Translations under genes and position numbers: made by a program
The notes under the pieces: model-generated
The model's database searches: none
Seen by the model: only the letters and a program-made list of their open reading frames with translations
Told to the model about the DNA's origin: nothing
In this document: positions 31,649 through 42,261 of the stretch, in pieces
Layout of the letters: every line of letters begins with the position of its first letter
Numbering within the stretch: the stretch's first letter is position 1
DNA from: Patescibacteria group bacterium
Lineage (GTDB): Bacteria; Patescibacteriota; Microgenomatia; UBA8517
NCBI GenBank assembly: GCA_026416845.1
Contig: JAOAEL010000002.1
Location: forward strand, 47,422 to 111,421
Direction: 5' to 3'
Length of the DNA stretch: 64,000 nt

Positions 31649-31981
31649 ATGAAAGCTCAAATTCATCCCAAATGGTTTGAAAATGTAACTGTGACATGCG
31701 CTTGTGGCAATACTTTTGTAACCGCTTCAACAATCAACAAATACCAAGTGGAAATCTGCGCCAAGTGTCACCCTTTTTACACAGGACAAATGAAATTTGT
31801 GGACACTGCAGGAAGAGTTGACGCCTTTATGAATAAAATGAAAAAAGCTTCAAGCAAGGTAATTTCAAAATCCGAAAAAAGAAGAATTAAAAAAGAGAAA
31901 AAGATTCAAAAAGAGCTAGAACGCCCCGAAACGCTTGCTGAACTAAGAAAACAAACAAAAAAGAAAAATAATTCTAAGTAG
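31649..31981 (+). CDS. rpmE: 50S ribosomal protein L31 (Zn-binding form, Lys-rich tail)
   Basis: [27 protein letters not shown]. Confidence 0.96.
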   Translation: MKAQIHPKWFENVTVTCACGNTFVTASTINKYQVEICAKCHPFYTGQMKFVDTAGRVDAFMNKMKKASSKVISKSEKRRIKKEKKIQKELERPETLAELRKQTKKKNNSK

Positions 31982-32011
31982 GTATTTCTTTTACTTCACT
32001 TCCCGCCACTT

Positions 32012-32725
32012 ATGCATAACCAAACACTTTCATCTAACCAGACAGCTTATATTGAAATTCGAGCGGCAACCGGAGGCGACGAAGCCAAAATCTGGGCAAC
32101 GGATCTTTATCGTATGTATTTTCGCTATGCACAACAAAAAAACTGGAAGGTTGCACCAATTGATGAAACAACTTTAATGGTTTCAGGAGAGGGAGTCTTT
32201 GAACTGCTTAAAAACGAAGCGGGAGTCCACCGGGTGCAAAGAATCCCAGCAACTGAACGCAAAGGCAGAATTCACACATCTACAGCAACAGTTGCAGTGC
32301 TTCCAAAAATCAACCAAACAGAAATAGTCATCAAACCAGACGAAATAGAGTATCAATTTTACCGAAGCGGCGGACACGGCGGTCAAAATGTAAATAAAGT
32401 CTCAACGGCTGTACGAATTACTCACAAGCCATCAGGAATAGTTGTCACCGCATCGGAAGAAAGATTTCAAGAAAGAAATCGCGAAATAGCAATGGAACTT
32501 TTACGAGCGAAATTATGGCAAAAAGAAGAAGAAAAAAAAGTAAAAACAATAGCAGGTTATAGAAGTGTAATAGGCAGAGGAATGAGAGCAGAAAAAATAA
32601 GAACCTACAACTTTCCTCAAGATAGAATCACAGACCATAGAATTGGCAAATCATGGGGTAACTTGCAAACAATCATAGACGGAGAGTTAGATAAAATATT
32701 AGAAGCGACAAAAAACATTAATTAA
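32012..32725 (+). CDS. prfA: Peptide chain release factor 1 lacking the N-terminal domain
   Basis: EIRAATGGDEA, HRVQRIPAT (PxT), GGQNVNK, IRTYNFPQDRITDHR; follows rpmE. Confidence 0.88.
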   Translation: MHNQTLSSNQTAYIEIRAATGGDEAKIWATDLYRMYFRYAQQKNWKVAPIDETTLMVSGEGVFELLKNEAGVHRVQRIPATERKGRIHTSTATVAVLPKINQTEIVIKPDEIEYQFYRSGGHGGQNVNKVSTAVRITHKPSGIVVTASEERFQERNREIAMELLRAKLWQKEEEKKVKTIAGYRSVIGRGMRAEKIRTYNFPQDRITDHRIGKSWGNLQTIIDGELDKILEATKNIN

Positions 32726-32780
32726 AAACTCCAAAAACTTGCAAAGGATACTTAAAACATGCGATTATATTTACAAGTTA

Positions 32781-33329
32781 ATGTTTACAGCAATAATCAA
32801 TTTCCTAAGGTCAAAAAAGTTTAGAATAGCGCTTTCGGTGGGACTTATAATAGGATTGCTCATTCATTGGGATACACAATTTGATCAAAACGCTCCACTG
32901 TTAATATGGTTAATTTCTTCTTTATTTAGATAAATATTTAGATAAATATATGGAATATTTTCAGAATTTATACTGCAACAAAATTATATCATACTAGACG
33001 ATGCGTTAATAATAGGATTTTTATTTTTAATCTTGCCCCTTTCTTCTATTTCATTAACAATCGTTTTTTCTTTTGTCCAAGATAAACATCGGATATTTTC
33101 AATTGCTGGTATAATGACAATAATAATCAATTCTTTTTATCTTTTTGCACACACATCATTCGCGCGACACAGAAATTGCAGTCTTCTTTTCGCACCATGT
33201 CAGCCAACAAATTTTATGGAATTGGAACCACTAGTATTTATACCAACCATTCTTATAATAATCGTTTTGATTGGTTATTTGTTAAACTTCACAATTGAAC
33301 TTTTTTACTCAAAGAAAGTAATTAAATGA
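32781..33329 (+). pseudogene. Membrane protein gene broken by duplicated in-frame stops
   Basis: ORFs 32739-32933 and 33033-33329 share a frame; the only breaks are TAA at 32931 and 32943, inside a 12-bp tandem duplication TATTTAGATAAA (32923-32946). Confidence 0.7.
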
Positions 33330-33398
33330 ATGTGCTTTTGCAAACCAAAAATATTATCAGAAAAACCATCCACAAAAAATCCCTGAAGAAAGAATTTC

Positions 33399-34562
33399 CT
33401 AATTTGACTGAGAAAGAGTAGCAGAAATTTTAACAACTTCTCCATCTCTCCATATCTCCACACTTATCGTTTGACCAGGTTTCTTCTTTGATATTACATC
33501 AGCTAAAGAACTTTTTTCATTTATTTCTTCATCATCAATTTTTGTAATTATATCTCCAGGCTTAATTCCAGATTTCTCAGCCGCGGAGCCTTCGGTTATA
33601 TCTACAACATAAGCCCCCTGAGGAACCTTATTTAAAAGAGCCACCTCTTTAGAGATCATTTCGTATCGCACTCCTAAAAATGGCTTGGAAGCAAAACTGC
33701 CTGTTTCTCTATATAAACTCAAAGCCTTTTTAAGGATATCAACAGGTATGGCAAAACCAATATTTTCTGCTCCTTGCGCAACAGCCACATTTACACCAAT
33801 CACTTGTCCAGCAGAATTTAAAAGAGGTCCTCCTGAATTGCCAGGGTTTATGGCAGCATCAGTTTGTATAACATCATCAAGTCGCTCTATATAACCTTCA
33901 AATACACTACCGGCAACTATGCCTCTTCCTAATCCAGATATAACACCTGTAGTTACAGTATGCCTAAACTCCCCCAAAGCTGTGCCTATTGCTATAACCA
34001 TTTGTCCCACTTTAAGATTTTCTGAGCTACCTAGCTCCAAAGGAGTAAGATTGGAAGCCCCCTTTAACTTGATAATAGCCAAATCATTGGTAGGGTCACG
34101 ACTTATTTGCTCAACTTCATATTCTTTATTGTCTTTAGTAATAACTTTGTACTTAGCATTAGCATTTGATACAACATGCTTATTAGTAACAACAAGACCA
34201 TCTTCAGAAACGATAAAGCCAGTACCAATATCTTGCGGATCTCCTCCTTCAAATCTTTGACTAAATCCTCCAAAAGGAGAAAAATTAAGTATCCTTCTTC
34301 TTGGGACTTGTACAGAAATAGTAACCACAGAAGGAGAGGCTTTTTCTGCAACTTCTATGACAACAGACTCTTCAGACAATACACGCTGATTAGCCAAACC
34401 AGGGAAACGGTCCGATATATATTGCCCATTTCTTGGCACAAAAGCATCCAAGGGTTTAAAAACAAAAACACGATCTGCTATGGCACCTACAAAAAGAGAA
34501 ACAATTGTTATAACACTAAAACTTAGACCAATTAAAAAGCCTTTTGCTGTTTGGTTATTCAT
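33399..34562 (-). CDS. htrA: HtrA/DegP serine protease with one PDZ domain
   Basis: GTGFIV, VTNKHVV, DLAIIK, QTDAAINPGNSGGP. Confidence 0.95.
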   Translation of the reverse strand: MNNQTAKGFLIGLSFSVITIVSLFVGAIADRVFVFKPLDAFVPRNGQYISDRFPGLANQRVLSEESVVIEVAEKASPSVVTISVQVPRRRILNFSPFGGFSQRFEGGDPQDIGTGFIVSEDGLVVTNKHVVSNANAKYKVITKDNKEYEVEQISRDPTNDLAIIKLKGASNLTPLELGSSENLKVGQMVIAIGTALGEFRHTVTTGVISGLGRGIVAGSVFEGYIERLDDVIQTDAAINPGNSGGPLLNSAGQVIGVNVAVAQGAENIGFAIPVDILKKALSLYRETGSFASKPFLGVRYEMISKEVALLNKVPQGAYVVDITEGSAAEKSGIKPGDIITKIDDEEINEKSSLADVISKKKPGQTISVEIWRDGEVVKISATLSQSN

Positions 34563-34698
34563 AAACTATTCAACCACCTTAAGTTTATAAAGCATTTACA
34601 ATTTAAAAGCAAGTTTTTAACACTCAAATGCATTTACATTTATTACACATACATTTAAATTAACACAAATTTACAAAATCAAAAATACCAGATATTTA

Positions 34699-35982
34699 CT
34701 AACCTGATAAAAACTTAACAGCCTCTTCTAATTGCTCATCTGCCTCAGTTTGTTTATCTTGAGAAATTTTTATATCTGGTGTAAGACCGGTAGTATTAAC
34801 CCAAACACCTTTCGGTGTTAGCCACTTGGCAACAGTTACATGCAAGCCTCCTCCTCCATTTAAATCAACAGGCTCTTGGATAGTCCCCTTGCCAAAACTA
34901 TTCTCGCCAATTAATTTTGCTCTTCCATGGTCCCTTAAAGCTCCTGCTAAAATTTCCGAAGCGGAAGCTGATCCTCTATTTATCAAAACCACAACAGGCA
35001 TGGATCTTAAACGACCTAATTTTTGCACTTTGTATTCTTTTTTAGTTTTCCCATTATCTTCAATTACTACAACATCATTTACTTCAAGAAAATCAGTTCC
35101 TAAATCCACAGCTTGGGTTAGATAACCACCAGGATTGTTACGCAAATCAAGAACAATTCCTTTTACATTTCGTTTCAAGACAATATCTGAAATCGCATCA
35201 TTCCATTCTTTAAGAGTATCAGCGGCAAATTTATTTACTCGCAAATGAGCTAAATTGGAATCTTTTCCTACAAAAGAAAGTGAAACACTCGGCACATTAA
35301 TTATTGCACGAGTTAATTCAACATCAAAAGGCTCATCACCCCCTTCGCGTATTAAACTTAAAGTAACTTTTGTGCCAACTTGTCCCCTAATCAAAGACAC
35401 AGCTTCACCTAAACTTATACCATCAGTATCTCGATCAACATTTTTAGCCTTATCTTTAATCCTTAAAATATAATCACCTGCTTGAATATTTGCTCTTTCT
35501 GCAGGTGTACCTGGAACAGGGGCCTCAACAACAAGTTGATTGTTAACCATGTGAATATTTATTCCTACCCCTCCAAAACTACCCTGCAAATCTTCTTGAA
35601 CTATTTTGTTTTCTTCAGGTTTAAAAAAAGATGTATAAGGATCTCCTACAGCAGAAACCATGCCGCGAATAGCGCCATAGACTAGCTCTGAATCAATTAG
35701 TTTTGATTTGTCATAATACTTTGAAGAAAGTATATCCCAAACCTTCCAAAACAACGAAAAATCAAGATCTGTCTTCTCTAGCGGGACAGACCTATTTATC
35801 GTAACTTTAGGATATGAATCGACCTTTGTTAAGCTAAAATTGGAATGTGTAACAATATATCCATTATCTCTTAGAGAATAACCAAGACTAAAACCTAAAG
35901 CTACAAAAAAAACTAAAACCAATATCTTTCTTAAAAGAGCAAAACTTAAACCATTTCCTGAAGAAACATTTGCACCTTTCAT
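34699..35982 (-). CDS. ctpA: S41 carboxy-terminal processing protease
   Basis: DPYT, PDZ, LDLRNNPGG, SASASEI, FGKGTIQ. Confidence 0.93.
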   Translation of the reverse strand: MKGANVSSGNGLSFALLRKILVLVFFVALGFSLGYSLRDNGYIVTHSNFSLTKVDSYPKVTINRSVPLEKTDLDFSLFWKVWDILSSKYYDKSKLIDSELVYGAIRGMVSAVGDPYTSFFKPEENKIVQEDLQGSFGGVGINIHMVNNQLVVEAPVPGTPAERANIQAGDYILRIKDKAKNVDRDTDGISLGEAVSLIRGQVGTKVTLSLIREGGDEPFDVELTRAIINVPSVSLSFVGKDSNLAHLRVNKFAADTLKEWNDAISDIVLKRNVKGIVLDLRNNPGGYLTQAVDLGTDFLEVNDVVVIEDNGKTKKEYKVQKLGRLRSMPVVVLINRGSASASEILAGALRDHGRAKLIGENSFGKGTIQEPVDLNGGGGLHVTVAKWLTPKGVWVNTTGLTPDIKISQDKQTEADEQLEEAVKFLSG

Positions 35983-36047
35983 AGATCAAAATTGTATCAC
36001 TCAATCAAAAAAAGATAAAACACTTTTGCTGTTACCTAAAACAAAAA

Positions 36048-36296
36048 CTAAACTGAAGCGCTAAACGGCAGTAAAGCCAAATGTCTGGCTCTTTTTATTT
36101 CCCGTGGCAACTTCCTGGCATGCTTGCTACATAAACCTGTTCTTTCTTTCCCAAGAATTTTAGCTCTATCGGACAAAAATTTTTCAAGGAACTTATAATC
36201 TTTGTAGTCAGGTTCTTTTTTAGCTTCGCAAAAAGCGCATTTTGATGGAACCTCAATTTTTTGTTTTTTGATAACTTTTTTCTTTTTGCTTGCCAT
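36048..36296 (-). CDS. rpsR: 30S ribosomal protein S18
   Basis: CAFC, DYKD, IKRARHLALLPF. Confidence 0.96.
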   Translation of the reverse strand: MASKKKKVIKKQKIEVPSKCAFCEAKKEPDYKDYKFLEKFLSDRAKILGKERTGLCSKHARKLPREIKRARHLALLPFSASV

Positions 36297-36321
36297 ATAT
36301 TTCTAAATCCTTCTGAATTAA

Positions 36322-36801
36322 TCAAAACGGTATATCATCATCTACTTGATCGGAAGGTATTTTTTCTTCTTTTTTACTAGCTATTTTGACATCTTCTTCG
36401 ACAACTGGAGTCTCCAAATCTTCAGGAATATCAAAATCTCCAGCTTGACTTTCGGGCATGCTTGTACCTTTTGAATCAAGAATAACCATATCACTTATAA
36501 CAATTTCTGTGATTGTTTTTTCAGAACCATCTTGCGATTGCCATTTGCGAGTCTGAAGCCTGCCTTCAACATAAACTTTTCTGCCTTTTTTTAGAAGTTG
36601 ACCGCAAAGTTCACCTAATTTATTCCACGCAACTATTCTATGATACTCAACTTCTTCCTTTTTTTCTCCTGTGTCTGTATTCCACTGCCTATTGGTGGCA
36701 ATTGAAAAAGTGCAAACAGCAGAACCAGATGGAGTGTATCTAAGTTCAGGATCTCTTGTTAAATTTCCTATCAACATCACTTTGTTTAAACTTCGTGTCA
36801 T
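36322..36801 (-). CDS. ssb: Single-stranded DNA-binding protein
   Basis: LNKVMLIGNLTRDPE, VEGRLQTRKW, C-terminal DDDIPF. Confidence 0.97.
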   Translation of the reverse strand: MTRSLNKVMLIGNLTRDPELRYTPSGSAVCTFSIATNRQWNTDTGEKKEEVEYHRIVAWNKLGELCGQLLKKGRKVYVEGRLQTRKWQSQDGSEKTITEIVISDMVILDSKGTSMPESQAGDFDIPEDLETPVVEEDVKIASKKEEKIPSDQVDDDIPF

Positions 36802-36822
36802 ACTTTTTGATTAACTTTAATT

Positions 36823-37137
36823 TTATTCACTTTTTTCTTTAGTATTTTCCCTTTTTTGACATTTTACCAAAAGAATTCTAATTATGTCTTCCTCAGTTTT
36901 TAGTTTATCAGATAAAGACTTAACATTTTTCGACTCAAGTTCAACTACAAAATGCAAAAAAACTCCTTCAGTATGCTTTTTGATTTTATAAGCTAGAGGA
37001 ATCTCGCCCCAATCCAAAAAAGAATTTATTTTGCCAGAAAGAAGTTTGATAAGCTTTTCTATTCTTTCTTGAACAACTTTTTTTTTCGCAGAAGAAGACT
37101 TTCCTGGAAGAACAACTGTTAATTCATACTGACCCAT
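36823..37137 (-). CDS. rpsF: 30S ribosomal protein S6
   Basis: YELTVV, WGEIPLAYKIKK; rpsF-ssb-rpsR order. Confidence 0.92.
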   Translation of the reverse strand: MGQYELTVVLPGKSSSAKKKVVQERIEKLIKLLSGKINSFLDWGEIPLAYKIKKHTEGVFLHFVVELESKNVKSLSDKLKTEEDIIRILLVKCQKRENTKEKSE

Positions 37138-37227
37138 AAACTGGTAAAGTATATCATTAAACACAATTTAATTTCAATCACCAAGCAAGTAAGCAAATAA
37201 GTAAACCAGAAAACAAAAAAACAAAAT

Positions 37228-37656
37228 TCACTTCTCCAATTTTTGAGTGTCTTCTTTTGATTTTGCCCAATATTTTTCATGAAGCTTGCGCCTTCTTGCT
37301 ATTTCCTTTTCGTACTTTTTCTCGACAAAAGACATAAAAAGCAAAACATCTTCAATTGCTTTTGTGTGAAATTGGTATTTTTCTCTCAAATAGTATTTAA
37401 TATCTGGAAGCTCCTTGGGTTTTTTTAAACTTAAATTGCACTTAAGCAACAAATCAACTAAATCCATTTGCAACCCCGTGGCAATTTTTTCCAACACATC
37501 AATGCCAACAGTTTTATAATCTCCTTTTTCAAGCCTGAACAAATAAGAAGAGTTAACACCAATTTTCTGGGCAAAATCTGCAAGCGTATCTTTCCTTTTC
37601 ATTCTCTGGTATCTCAAATACTTCCCTATTTTGGCAGCAGCATTCATCACAGACAT
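37228..37656 (-). CDS. XRE-family HTH regulator
   Basis: IGKYLRYQR..TLADFAQKIGVNSSYLFRLEKG; likely start MSVMN at 37656 (the longer ORF extends into AT-rich intergenic DNA). Confidence 0.85.
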   Translation of the reverse strand: MSVMNAAAKIGKYLRYQRMKRKDTLADFAQKIGVNSSYLFRLEKGDYKTVGIDVLEKIATGLQMDLVDLLLKCNLSLKKPKELPDIKYYLREKYQFHTKAIEDVLLFMSFVEKKYEKEIARRRKLHEKYWAKSKEDTQKLEK

Positions 37657-37865
37657 ATTTTTTACTTGTTGACAACCATAGTATACCAAATTAAATTTAA
37701 TTGACTGGTGTAAAAATATATATTGATTTTTGTCAATACTACTTTTCCTAAAATATGATTGGTATTGTTTTTGTTTCAAAAAAATTAGTAATAGAACGAT
37801 ATTCATTTCCAAAAATCTTCTCAAAGCCTTTCACTTCTTGTCTTTATCCAACAAAAAACACATAA

Positions 37866-38489
37866 ATGCAAACTGAAAGGCTCACTAGACAAAATGGTAA
37901 TCTAAACAATAATTTAGAGCCCGCATTTTATCTCCTACACGAAATCAACGCTGCATTTTACGAACAAATAGAGTCAATTTTGGCTCGTCCTAAAGGATTT
38001 GATAAAAATCAACGAATTTGGTTGTTATTGCGTGACCAAGGATGTGCTTTCCAAAATGAAAATTTTATATCATGGTGCAAGAAAAGAGGCTTGTCATACA
38101 AACACAAATGTTCGGAAGAACTTCACTGTCATCACATATACCCAAAAACTTTTCTTGCATATTTAGGATTTGATGAACTTTATATAAACCGGGCTGAAAA
38201 CGGAATCGTTGTATGCAAGTTTGCTCATCTAAACTGGATACACCCTGATATGGGAGAAGCAATGAGAAATTATCGAACCAATCCGAATAGTATTGAACAA
38301 GTTTTTGAAAAAAGATCAGATTTGTTAAAACAAGGCAGAAAATATTGGATTGATTTATGGGATGATCTTTTTTATGCTCTTGCTCTACTTAACACAAGCC
38401 AATTTGTAATAAATCATGGTATACCCTACCCAATCGGTAAAAGATCAAATTCACCAAACCCAAACATCAACGGACATCAAAAAAAATAA
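37866..38489 (+). CDS. Putative HNH endonuclease
   Basis: LRDQGC...LHCHHIYPK...NRAENGIVVCKFAH...IH follows the HNH pattern. Confidence 0.6.
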   Translation: MQTERLTRQNGNLNNNLEPAFYLLHEINAAFYEQIESILARPKGFDKNQRIWLLLRDQGCAFQNENFISWCKKRGLSYKHKCSEELHCHHIYPKTFLAYLGFDELYINRAENGIVVCKFAHLNWIHPDMGEAMRNYRTNPNSIEQVFEKRSDLLKQGRKYWIDLWDDLFYALALLNTSQFVINHGIPYPIGKRSNSPNPNINGHQKK

Positions 38490-38538
38490 ATTCTTTCGCT
38501 TCTTGGTTTAAATATAATCATAATTAACTTAGAAATTT

Positions 38539-39654
38539 TTAAGTTCCTATTTTAAATTCAATAACATCTCCATCTTTAACAACATAATCCTTGCCTTCAA
38601 TTTTTACCATTCCTTTCTCTCTGGCCATTTTCCATCCACCACAACGCACGAAATCGTCAAAATCGCAAACATCAGCTTTTATAAATTTATTTTCAAAGTC
38701 GCTGTGTATTGCCGCCGCCGCTTGAGGAGCAAGTGTTCCATTTCTGATTGTCCATGCCCGCGCTTCTTTGACTCCTGCGGTTAGAAATGTAATAAGTCCT
38801 AATGTGTTAAATGCTTTTCTAATAAGTTTTTCAAGACCGCTTTCTGTTATTCCCAAGCTAGCCAGATATTCTTTCTGATCGTTCTCTGCAAGAGCGGCTA
38901 ATTCACTTTCCACTTTAGCGCAAATTCCTATCACACAACCTGCAGGAATCCCAAATTCTAAAGCATAATCGGATTCTATTTTCTCAACATTAACTAAATC
39001 GTTCTCATCAACATTTAAAACAATCAACACTGGTTTGGCTGTGAGCAGGTGAAATTCATAAGACGCCTTTCGCTCTTCATCTGATAACTTCACATCACGC
39101 GCGGGAATCCCCTTTGACAAACCATCCATCAATTTTGTCAAAGCCGAAACTTTATGGTGTAAATTTTCACTAGCACCTTTTTTTTGCGCATTTTTAATCC
39201 GTTCTAATGTTTGCAAATCAGCAAGTTTAAGTTCTGTCTCAACTACTTCTAAATCAGATTTTGGGTCAACAGATCCTTCTTTTACAATATTTTCATCCTT
39301 AAAAGCTCTTAGCACATGACAAATCGCGTCTGTCTCTCTGATATGAGACAAGAATTTATTACCAAGTCCTTCGCCTTTATGCGCTCCAGCAATAAGTCCA
39401 GCTATATCAACAAATTCGCAAGTCGCGGGAACTTGAGGTGGAAGTTGATCCAATTTTTCAGAAGTTTTTACAACTTCAGCCAGTCGTGCTAGTCTTTCAT
39501 CGGGAACTGGAACAATACCAACATTTGGCTCTATTGTGGCAAAAGGAAAATTAGCGGCATAAGCCGCCTGTTTTTTCAGTAAAGCGTTAAAAAGAGTAGA
39601 CTTGCCAACATTTGGTAGACCAACAATCCCGACACTTAGTTTTGTGCTTGCCAT
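38539..39654 (-). CDS. ychF: Redox-regulated ATPase YchF
   Basis: GIVGLPNVGKSTLFN, NFPFATIEPN, DIAGL, GEGLGNKFL, TGS domain. Confidence 0.96.
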   Translation of the reverse strand: MASTKLSVGIVGLPNVGKSTLFNALLKKQAAYAANFPFATIEPNVGIVPVPDERLARLAEVVKTSEKLDQLPPQVPATCEFVDIAGLIAGAHKGEGLGNKFLSHIRETDAICHVLRAFKDENIVKEGSVDPKSDLEVVETELKLADLQTLERIKNAQKKGASENLHHKVSALTKLMDGLSKGIPARDVKLSDEERKASYEFHLLTAKPVLIVLNVDENDLVNVEKIESDYALEFGIPAGCVIGICAKVESELAALAENDQKEYLASLGITESGLEKLIRKAFNTLGLITFLTAGVKEARAWTIRNGTLAPQAAAAIHSDFENKFIKADVCDFDDFVRCGGWKMAREKGMVKIEGKDYVVKDGDVIEFKIGT

Positions 39655-39756
39655 TTCAAGTTTCAAGTTTCCTTTTAATACACAAAGCTAATTATAGCTG
39701 AAGTTAAGCCTGATTGCTTACAAACTTGTATAAACTTATAGCTAAAAATTTTTTGA

Positions 39757-40320
39757 TTGTATAATTCAAACTATCCCGCTTGTACAATTTGTTATACTAA
39801 AGTCACAAAATTAGATAAATACAAATGCACACCAGAAACTCTACATACGGCCTACAAATTGGCAAAGATCAACCCCAACTACCATAAATTGATCTTTGAT
39901 CTTGAAAATAATAAAAAACCAATAGAGGTAGAAATGACAGGTCTAGCTCTTTTTTCAATTAAGAAATATTTTTCTGATCGTGTGGTTTTCTCTGTAATTC
40001 CTTATGAAGAGATTCAGCAAAGAAAGCTTTCCAAGAGTGATACCATGGAAGGAGAAGGATTAGTAGTTAACTTACTTAGAACAGTAATTGGATGGGATCT
40101 GGTTGCAAGTTTAGTTGAAGCAGAACCTGACATTGTAACGGTAAGCCTAAGGACACGAGACGAAAACAAGTTTGAAGTTAGCAAGATTGCAAAATCGGTT
40201 GGGGAAAAAGGTGGAGGACACAAAGGAGCAGCAGGAACAACAATTAAAGAACCATTAAATAAAGCAAAGGCCACTCTCTTAAAAGCTATTGGACAAACTT
40301 TCCCTGAACTCAGGAAATAA
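39757..40320 (+). pseudogene. C-terminal remnant of a DHH/DHHA1 phosphoesterase (NrnA-like)
   Basis: VSLR and GGGHKGAAG DHHA1 motif present; N-terminal DxD and DHH motifs absent, with no room upstream before ychF. Confidence 0.7.
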
Positions 40321-40411
40321 CTGTAATTTAAATAACTTGATAAAAATAAAAAAGATACTTCAAGTCAAGTTTTCATTCACCAAAAAATTTAAACTTCCAA
40401 TAACACAAACT

Positions 40412-41250
40412 TCACAATTTTAGACTTGAATAATCCGCATCAAAAGGAACAGTTCTACGCCAGTTCCTATGTAATAAAGATTCAACTAAAGCCTTCAAAG
40501 TAGATTTGGGCAGAATTCTAGCTGTTGATCTGTCTTTAAAAGCTGAATTAAGACACTCTGCAAAAGCTCTACAAAAATCAACTACGTGCCAACTTGCCAA
40601 AGAAGCAATAGCGTACCTTGAAGCTATCGTGGCTAAACGCTCCCATCGATTGGCATCTTTTGAAGCTCGCAATGATTGATTATAGGAATTTCTTAGATTG
40701 TTAAACGATTCTTCATCTTTGCTCAATCGTGCCCTTAAAAGGTCCCTTTGAAACTCAAGCAGTGTTTTTACAGTCATTTCGTTAGCAATTCTCACAGCTT
40801 CATCCAACATTTCAACCGCGGTATTAATCAAAGACGGATCTCCAACTAATGCCGATAATGTTACTAAGTAATCAGCCATCCAATTAATCATTTCAATACG
40901 AAATTCATACGGATTGCCTTTGGTATCTTGTCTAATAGCAATTGACATTTCTCTAACTTGGCAATTTTCCGTACAATAAAGAAAACCCTTTTCTTGCATT
41001 AGACTAATAATGAGCTACCGTAGGAAATTCCAGAGAAGACTTTCTTGACTTATGTTAGGCACACAATATATATCCCTAAAGCCATTAAAACAAGTTTCTT
41101 TTGCTCTTCAGACAAAGAATAAAAATCTTCAGGTAACATTCCTGACACAACACCCGTAGCTCGCATGGCTCTAACAAGATTGCCCTCAAACCTTTGTCTC
41201 TTTGCCTGAAAAACTTATTCTTTTATCAAAAAACTGTTTTGTACACTCAT
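40412..41250 (-). pseudogene. Hypothetical gene with decayed 5' part
   Basis: ATG at 41250, early TAA at 41215-41217, coding-like segments in shifting frames leading into the 40412-40999 ORF. Confidence 0.5.
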
Positions 41251-41425
41251 AAAAATGACCTACTTTAATTTGCTTTTGCTTTCCTAAAATGCTGCATACA
41301 AACATTTTTATTAAAAAAGCATTAAGCATTGCATAATTTAAATTATATTATATAATTTTCTTATAATCTTAATTATTATTTAATTTTAGGATTATTATTT
41401 AGGCTTGATCCAAAATACAAAAACC

Positions 41426-41968
41426 ATGGAAGAAAAATTTTCTCAATATTCTGATTTTATTCCTGAATTGTGGGCAGAAAAAAAGGGGATAAAAATTGCG
41501 CGATTAATTTTGGATTCTCAACTAATAGCAAGACAAGCGATCAGAAATATAAGAAGTATTGACTGCAAAAAAATGAGAAGTATCGATCAAAAAGAAGATG
41601 GAAATGAAATAAACATAGTTGACGTATATGCAAAAATTTATCTAGAAGCTCTTACTCTTCAGTTGTTGTCTGATGAATCAATATTTAATCATGTTGCCCT
41701 ATCTTTTTTCGAACAAACAATTAAAGAAATAAAAGAGAACCCCAATTCAGAGTTTGGAAACAAACCAGATCAAGAAATTGCTAGATCAATCATTAACAAT
41801 TTGCTAGAAGAAATTAAAAGTGGTAAAAATTCAGAACAATTGATGACAATCAGTGGTTACGCTACTTTAAATAATTTCACTTTTGGACATGATACACAAG
41901 AAAGTGTGATCAAAAACATTCTCCATATGCATTACATAGCGCAAACACAAAATTCAGATAGTAATTAA
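41426..41968 (+). CDS. Hypothetical protein
   Basis: About 180-codon ORF with genome-like composition; no recognised motif. Confidence 0.6.
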   Translation: MEEKFSQYSDFIPELWAEKKGIKIARLILDSQLIARQAIRNIRSIDCKKMRSIDQKEDGNEINIVDVYAKIYLEALTLQLLSDESIFNHVALSFFEQTIKEIKENPNSEFGNKPDQEIARSIINNLLEEIKSGKNSEQLMTISGYATLNNFTFGHDTQESVIKNILHMHYIAQTQNSDSN

Positions 41969-42261
41969 TAGGTATGCAAAACCTTAATCTTCGATCCTTA
42001 GAGTCTGCAAACAAAAGTAAGTAACATTAATAAAATTTTTGTTCATCAAAATTAAAATTTTGTGGTTTAAGTCAAAAAAATTGTGCTTAAGCTGGATTTT
42101 ATCTTGCAAATTAGGTTAAAAATTTTAATTGTTTAAAAAAAATTTAAGCAAAACGGTATTAATTAAAAAACGTAGCGTAAAAAAATTTAAATTTGCCATA
42201 AAAACCAACTTCATATAAAGTTAAATTGATAAAAAAACGTTTTTTCCAAAAAAGGTAAAAC

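Noticed and set aside
41553-41595. Imperfect 24-bp repeat (RSIDCKKM/RSIDQKE)
   Set aside because: Only two degenerate in-frame copies; no functional inference possible
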